A stretch of 38,185 nucleotides of DNA, from NCBI GenBank assembly GCA_002254545.1, contig NJEA01000002.1:1-38185 (forward strand). Direction: 5' to 3'. Each line of letters begins with the position of its first letter. Position 1 is the first letter of the stretch. The position numbers and the translations under genes were made by a program. This stretch comes from Candidatus Aenigmarchaeota archaeon ex4484_224. GTDB taxonomy: Archaea > Aenigmatarchaeota > Aenigmatarchaeia > CG10238-14 > EX4484-224. Positions 33,921 to 38,185 of this stretch are shown one piece after another. The notes beneath the pieces are model-generated. The model was given only the letters and a program-made list of their open reading frames with translations. It did no database searches and was not told the DNA's origin.

Positions 33921-34511
33921 TTAAAATTTGAATTTGTTATCTAAAATAAAATGAATGATAGAGACTACTTGAGAACTAAGATAAGAAATTCTTCCTAAAG
34001 AAACAAAAGGAATTTTCAACCTTTTTAAAAACAGTTCTCTCTTTTTATCCAAACCTACATGATCACCAATTATAAAGCAGGAATTTTCTTCAAATTGGAA
34101 TTGTTTAAACAAAATTCCCTTTCTTGAAAGATATACCAATTTTTTATGATTTTCTAGAAATTCTTTTATCAGTCTTTCAAAACTTTTCTTTTGAATAAAA
34201 ATTCCGGGTTCACTTTCAATAATTTGATTTTCTTTATATTTTTTCAATGCATTGTTAATTTTTTCGGCAATTTTTATTTCTGAAGGATATATCCTTTTAA
34301 TTAAATTCGAATCGAAAGTTATTAGTTTCGGAGGATTTGGAGGACCTTCTAGCACAACATAAACTTTAACATTCTCTCTCAATTTTTCAGAAATAAAAAT
34401 TGAAGATAGGATAAATCTAGAAACTAAATCAATTCTTCCAGCTTTTGGTAAATCGTTAATATCAAAAGGTTTTGTATATCCTCTTCTTGATAACAAAATA
34501 AATTCTCTCAT
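33921..34511 (-). CDS. trmY: tRNA (pseudouridine54-N1)-methyltransferase TrmY (SPOUT, DUF358)
   Basis: 196 aa. MREFILLSRRGYT...DLPKAGRIDLVSRFILSSIF...FIIGDHVGL. Confidence 0.8.
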   Translation of the reverse strand: MREFILLSRRGYTKPFDINDLPKAGRIDLVSRFILSSIFISEKLRENVKVYVVLEGPPNPPKLITFDSNLIKRIYPSEIKIAEKINNALKKYKENQIIESEPGIFIQKKSFERLIKEFLENHKKLVYLSRKGILFKQFQFEENSCFIIGDHVGLDKKRELFLKRLKIPFVSLGRISYLSSQVVSIIHFILDNKFKF

Positions 34512-34906
34512 TAAATTTTAGATTTAATTTTTAATTTTTCAAACTTTTTTCTTTCAATTACAAATCTCCCTCTTTTTAAAATTTCTATATAAAATCTTTT
34601 CGGTTTAAATTCTTCCAAAATTATTTTAATTCCTTTTTCAAACTTTGATTTTCTATCGCATGTATACAAATCAATTGCAACATATCCATGTTCTGGCCAA
34701 GTATGTACAGAAAAATGAGAAGAAGCGATTAAAGCAACAGAAGTTAAACCTTGTGGCTTAAATTTATGATATTTTTCACCAACAATTTCAAACTTTGCTT
34801 CAACTTTCAATCTTTTTACTAAATTTTTAACAAACCTTATATCATCTAACTTTTTTCTATCAATTCCTTCCATTTCTATTATTGCATGATATCCAACGGT
34901 CTTCAT
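34511..34906 (-). CDS. speH: S-adenosylmethionine decarboxylase proenzyme (small archaeal/bacterial SpeH type)
   Basis: 131 aa. GYHAIIEMEG...GLTSVALIASSHFSVHTWPEHGYVAIDLYTC (self-cleavage Ser context and HTWPE motif). Confidence 0.88.
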   Translation of the reverse strand: MKTVGYHAIIEMEGIDRKKLDDIRFVKNLVKRLKVEAKFEIVGEKYHKFKPQGLTSVALIASSHFSVHTWPEHGYVAIDLYTCDRKSKFEKGIKIILEEFKPKRFYIEILKRGRFVIERKKFEKLKIKSKI

Positions 34907-34923
34907 CTTCCATAACTATCATC

Positions 34924-34939
34924 GGGGTTTTTTAACCCC
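34924..34939 (-). other. Short GC hairpin in the SRP54-speH spacer
   Basis: GGGGTT-TTTT-AACCCC, a perfect 6-bp stem in an otherwise AT-rich 92-nt spacer. It could be a terminator/processing element or part of the speH leader. Confidence 0.3.
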
Positions 34940-34998
34940 AAATTTAATTTTGTTTTTGTAAAATTTAAATTAAATTTAATTTTTAAAAAGTTTTTGCT

Positions 34999-36321
34999 TT
35001 AAAATCCAAATTTGAATCCAAATCTTTTCAAAATTTTTTGCAAGCTTGAAAAATCTTTTTCTCTAATTCCTTTGAACATTTTACTAAACTTTTTCAATTT
35101 TTTATAAGTTGCTAACAATTCTCTTACTTCTTCTTCTTTAGTCCCAGAACCTTTTGCAATTCTTCTAATTCTTGATTGATTAATTATTTCTGGATTTTCT
35201 CTTTCTTCTTTTGTCATACTTTGAATTATAACTTTCCATTTTTTCATTTTCTTTTCTTGAATTTTCAAAATATCTTCTGGCAAGCTTAAACTTAATCCTG
35301 GAAGCATTTGTGCAATTTTTGTTAATGGTCCCAATTTTGAAATTCCTTCGATCTGTTCCATAAAATCGTTCAAAGTGAATTTTCCTTCTATTATTTTTTC
35401 TGCAGTTTCTTTCTTAATTTCAGCTTCTTTTGCTTTTTCTAACAAAGTTTCTAAATCACCGAACCCAAGCAATCTAGAAACAAATCTTTTTGGATTATAT
35501 TGTTCTAAATCTTCAATTTTTTCACCAATTCCTAAAAATTTAACCTTTGCTTTTGTTGTAGAGCAAGCTGCTAAAGCTCCTCCCCCCTTAGCTGTACCAT
35601 CAAATTTTGTAATTATAATTCCAGTAATTTTAGCTAATTTATGAAAACCTTCAGCTTGTTCTTTAGCAACTTTTCCGATATCAGCTGGAATTACTAACAA
35701 AACTTCTGTTGGTTTAATTATTTCTGCTAATTTTTTTAATTCATTTGCTAGTTCTTCATCTAAAGAATTTCTTCCTGCAGTATCAAAAATTATTGAATCA
35801 TACTTTGAAAAAAGTTCTAAAGATTTTTTTGCTGCATTGTATGGATCATTATTTGGATCGATATAATATTTAACATGAATTTTTTCAGCTAGTTGTTTTA
35901 ATTGTTCTGGAGCTGCAGGTCTATGATAATCTAAGCAAACTAAAGCAACTTTTTTTCCTTTTTTCTTTAAATAATATGCTATTTTGCTAGCTGTTGTTGT
36001 TTTACCAGAGCCAAATAATCCAACTAACATTATTCTTTTTTCATTTAAAGGAGAAAATTCCTTTCCAAGCAAACTTACTAATTCATCATAAATTGTTTTG
36101 ATTAAATGTTCTCTCAAAGTTAAGCCAGAAGGAATTTTTTCTTTTAAAACTTTTTTCCTTATATTTTCAATCAATTGATTTGTTAAGTCTATAGGAACAT
36201 CGCTAGCAATCAAAATTTTTCTAATTTCTTTTAAAGTTTCTTCTACTGATTTTTCATCTAGGGTTGGTTTTCCAAGCAAAGATTTTATTAAATTTTTAAG
36301 TTTCGATGAAAGGAAATTCAT
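34999..36321 (-). CDS. srp54: Signal recognition particle protein SRP54
   Basis: 440 aa. GLFGSGKTTTASKIA, DTAGR and TKFDG motifs, then a Met-rich M domain. Confidence 0.95.
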   Translation of the reverse strand: MNFLSSKLKNLIKSLLGKPTLDEKSVEETLKEIRKILIASDVPIDLTNQLIENIRKKVLKEKIPSGLTLREHLIKTIYDELVSLLGKEFSPLNEKRIMLVGLFGSGKTTTASKIAYYLKKKGKKVALVCLDYHRPAAPEQLKQLAEKIHVKYYIDPNNDPYNAAKKSLELFSKYDSIIFDTAGRNSLDEELANELKKLAEIIKPTEVLLVIPADIGKVAKEQAEGFHKLAKITGIIITKFDGTAKGGGALAACSTTKAKVKFLGIGEKIEDLEQYNPKRFVSRLLGFGDLETLLEKAKEAEIKKETAEKIIEGKFTLNDFMEQIEGISKLGPLTKIAQMLPGLSLSLPEDILKIQEKKMKKWKVIIQSMTKEERENPEIINQSRIRRIAKGSGTKEEEVRELLATYKKLKKFSKMFKGIREKDFSSLQKILKRFGFKFGF

Positions 36322-36401
36322 AATCTAGAATTAATTTTTAAAGGTTTATATTTGATTATTTAAATTTTAATTATAGATATATCCAAATTCGAGTGAAAAT
36401 T

Positions 36402-37052
36402 ATGATGAAAAAAAGCATTCTTATTTTGCTTACAGTTTTGTTAACAGTTTTATTAGTCAGCATAATCCTTTATAGATTTTGGTATATGATAAAAATGAAA
36501 AGTAATGAAAAACTTTATGAAAATGGATGGGAGTATGTTAAATTTGAAAAAATAGATAATGAGAGTTTTAGAATTGTGGAAGATTTTGCTAAAAGAACAT
36601 ACGTCTCTGAAAAAGGAATGATAATTTATCCTGATGAAGTAGATAGAAGAGAACATCTTACATTTATTGGAAATGGTTGGATAAAAGAATTGAAAATTTT
36701 CAATAATTCTAGTGTCTATTTGGAATTTGTAATAAATGGAAAGGATATACCAGCAGTTTATTTATTCTTTAAAAATCCTGAAGATGTTTATACTTGGAAC
36801 GATTACTTTTTTATAGCTATATTGAATTGTTCAGAAGAGAAAGATTGGACAATTTGTAAAAAAGAATGGTCTTCTTTCAAATTACAACAAATGTTTAGTT
36901 TAGAAAGAAATACGACTGAAATTCCATATGTTTATGATGTTTATCTTTATATCTCTCCCATTGGATTGGATTATAAACTTTCTAATCCAGTATATCTAAA
37001 AAGTTTGGTATTAAAATATAACAATAAAATAATTAACGAGAGTTATCCGTAA
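36402..37052 (+). CDS. N-anchored hypothetical protein
   Basis: Single TM ILILLTVLLTVLLVSIILY, then a soluble domain with no recognisable motifs. ATG 36402 is preferred over the GTG at 36393. Confidence 0.55.
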   Translation: MMKKSILILLTVLLTVLLVSIILYRFWYMIKMKSNEKLYENGWEYVKFEKIDNESFRIVEDFAKRTYVSEKGMIIYPDEVDRREHLTFIGNGWIKELKIFNNSSVYLEFVINGKDIPAVYLFFKNPEDVYTWNDYFFIAILNCSEEKDWTICKKEWSSFKLQQMFSLERNTTEIPYVYDVYLYISPIGLDYKLSNPVYLKSLVLKYNNKIINESYP

Positions 37053-37063
37053 GTTTATTATAT

Positions 37064-37807
37064 ATGAAAAATAAAGAGCAAACAAAGGAAATTGAAAGAT
37101 TAGTATACAATTATTTTTCTAGTAAAAAAATAATTGAGTTTTACTCTAGACCAAGACTTCACACAACAGAAGGAAAAATAATAGGAAAGTTCTTTAAAAA
37201 AAGAGGGAAGATCTTAGATGTTTGTTGTGGTGCAGCAAGAGCATCTATAGCTTTGGGAAAAAGAGGATTCAAAGTTTATGGAGTAGATATTAATAAAATC
37301 CTAATCAAGAAAGGAATCGAAAATATAAAGAAGGAAAAAATAAATAACGTAAAATGTATATTGATGAACGCAAAAGATATGGAATTTAAAAAAGAATCTT
37401 TCGATTATGTTGTAATTTTTGAAAATTCATTAGAACACATTCCCAAAAAAGTAAATAGGTTTTTAATTTTTAAAAAAGCCTATACAAGCTTAAAAAAAGG
37501 AGGAATCATGATAGTAACATTTCACCCTTTCTTATATCCACCAATTTTTTTAAGAGCAATTTTTTTTAATTTTATGGATAAGCTTAGAAGAAAGCTAAAA
37601 TTTGGTGATATACTCTTCTATAATAAAATTTATTATCATATTTTCCCGTCCTGGGAAAAAATTTTGTTAATAAAAATGTTTAAATTTAAATTTTTTAGAA
37701 TTTTTCCACACAATGTGCTTTATACACGAAACAATAAAATTCCATATAGGAAATTTTACATGATGCTTTTTCCATTTATTTATCAATATTGGGTACTTAG
37801 AAAATAA
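37064..37807 (+). CDS. Class I SAM-dependent methyltransferase; substrate unknown
   Basis: 247 aa. Motif I ILDVCCGAARASIALGKRGFKVYGVDIN and post-I/II spacing typical of the Methyltransf_11/25 fold. Unusually hydrophobic and aromatic C-terminal third. Confidence 0.75.
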   Translation: MKNKEQTKEIERLVYNYFSSKKIIEFYSRPRLHTTEGKIIGKFFKKRGKILDVCCGAARASIALGKRGFKVYGVDINKILIKKGIENIKKEKINNVKCILMNAKDMEFKKESFDYVVIFENSLEHIPKKVNRFLIFKKAYTSLKKGGIMIVTFHPFLYPPIFLRAIFFNFMDKLRRKLKFGDILFYNKIYYHIFPSWEKILLIKMFKFKFFRIFPHNVLYTRNNKIPYRKFYMMLFPFIYQYWVLRK

Positions 37808-37843
37808 TAATAGTTATTCACTTATGAAAATAATACAAATTTT

Positions 37844-38155
37844 TTATGTTGGTGTAATTAGATTTGTAATAATCCCGTTAGCTAAGAATATTGATTGAAC
37901 TGGATAAATATTTCTATTGATATCTTCCTTTTCTGGAGCTCCGAGTGGAGCAACCTTAACTTCTAATAAATTAGGTAGGAAAATATCTTTAATTTTGGAA
38001 AAAAAGAATTTTCTAGAAACAAATCCAGTAAATAATGCCACTAATCCAATTTTTCTGAGTTTTGGATTTGATAAGGTTATCTTTATCAATTTTATAACTT
38101 TAACCATTCTACTTTTCTGTTTTTCAATTTTTTCTAACTCTTGAGTGATTTTCAT
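37844..38155 (-). CDS. Hypothetical protein; the reading frame stays open to the right window edge, so the start is uncertain
   Basis: 103 aa from ATG 38155. The frame continues upstream without a stop (IEPYFSLDEV-MKITQ...) to nt 38185. Confidence 0.45.
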   Translation of the reverse strand: MKITQELEKIEKQKSRMVKVIKLIKITLSNPKLRKIGLVALFTGFVSRKFFFSKIKDIFLPNLLEVKVAPLGAPEKEDINRNIYPVQSIFLANGIITNLITPT

Positions 38156-38185
38156 AACTTCATCAAGAGAAAAATATGGTTCGAT

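Noticed and set aside
36420-36460. Short imperfect direct repeat encoding LLTVLLTVLL.
   Set aside because: It is simply a hydrophobic TM segment with repetitive codons. It is too short and imperfect to count as a meaningful repeat.
1-38185. CRISPR arrays, IS elements/transposases, integrases, prophage genes, toxin-antitoxin pairs and known defence-system genes.
   Set aside because: None were found by eye. The only exact repeat is the 45-bp duplication in trm5. No nuclease, helicase or methylase clusters suggest a defence island. The LAGLIDADG remnant is the only mobile-element-like gene.

Overview
Strongly AT-rich, very gene-dense archaeal chromosome segment. Many neighbouring genes overlap by TAATG or ATGA. 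Archaeal identity is shown by ribosomal proteins P0, L1, L11, L21e and S17e, Spt5, SecE, Alba, Rpo4/RpoF, aEF-1beta, Pus10, TrmY, diphthine synthase, archaemetzincin and SRP54. The small proteins, compactness and a form III RuBisCO/AMP-salvage operon suggest a DPANN-like or similarly reduced archaeon; that placement is inference only.

Layout:
- 1-3.3 kb: conserved ftsZ-secE-spt5-L11-L1-P0 cluster.
- 3.4-8.8 kb: housekeeping genes, then two paralogous membrane proteins and two coiled-coil proteins.
- 8.8-21 kb: the main accessory region. It is a type IV pilus/Tad-like locus with a long FlaI/VirB11-family ATPase, a FlaJ/TadC-like platform protein and about 11 proteins of unknown family. Most of these have a pilin-like class III signal or an N-terminal anchor, and most are cysteine-rich. 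No prepilin peptidase is present in the window.
- 21-25.3 kb: Alba, then the operon e2b2-rbcL(form III)-small Cys-rich ORF-deoA.
- 25.4-38 kb: housekeeping genes, two tRNAs, a frameshifted free-standing LAGLIDADG endonuclease gene directly after tRNA-Phe, and a Pus10/TrmY/SpeH/SRP54 block.

tRNA-Phe appears to carry a 14-nt insertion in the D-arm. No CRISPR array, transposase, integrase or rRNA was seen. All calls come from reading the translations and sequence by eye; no searches were run.
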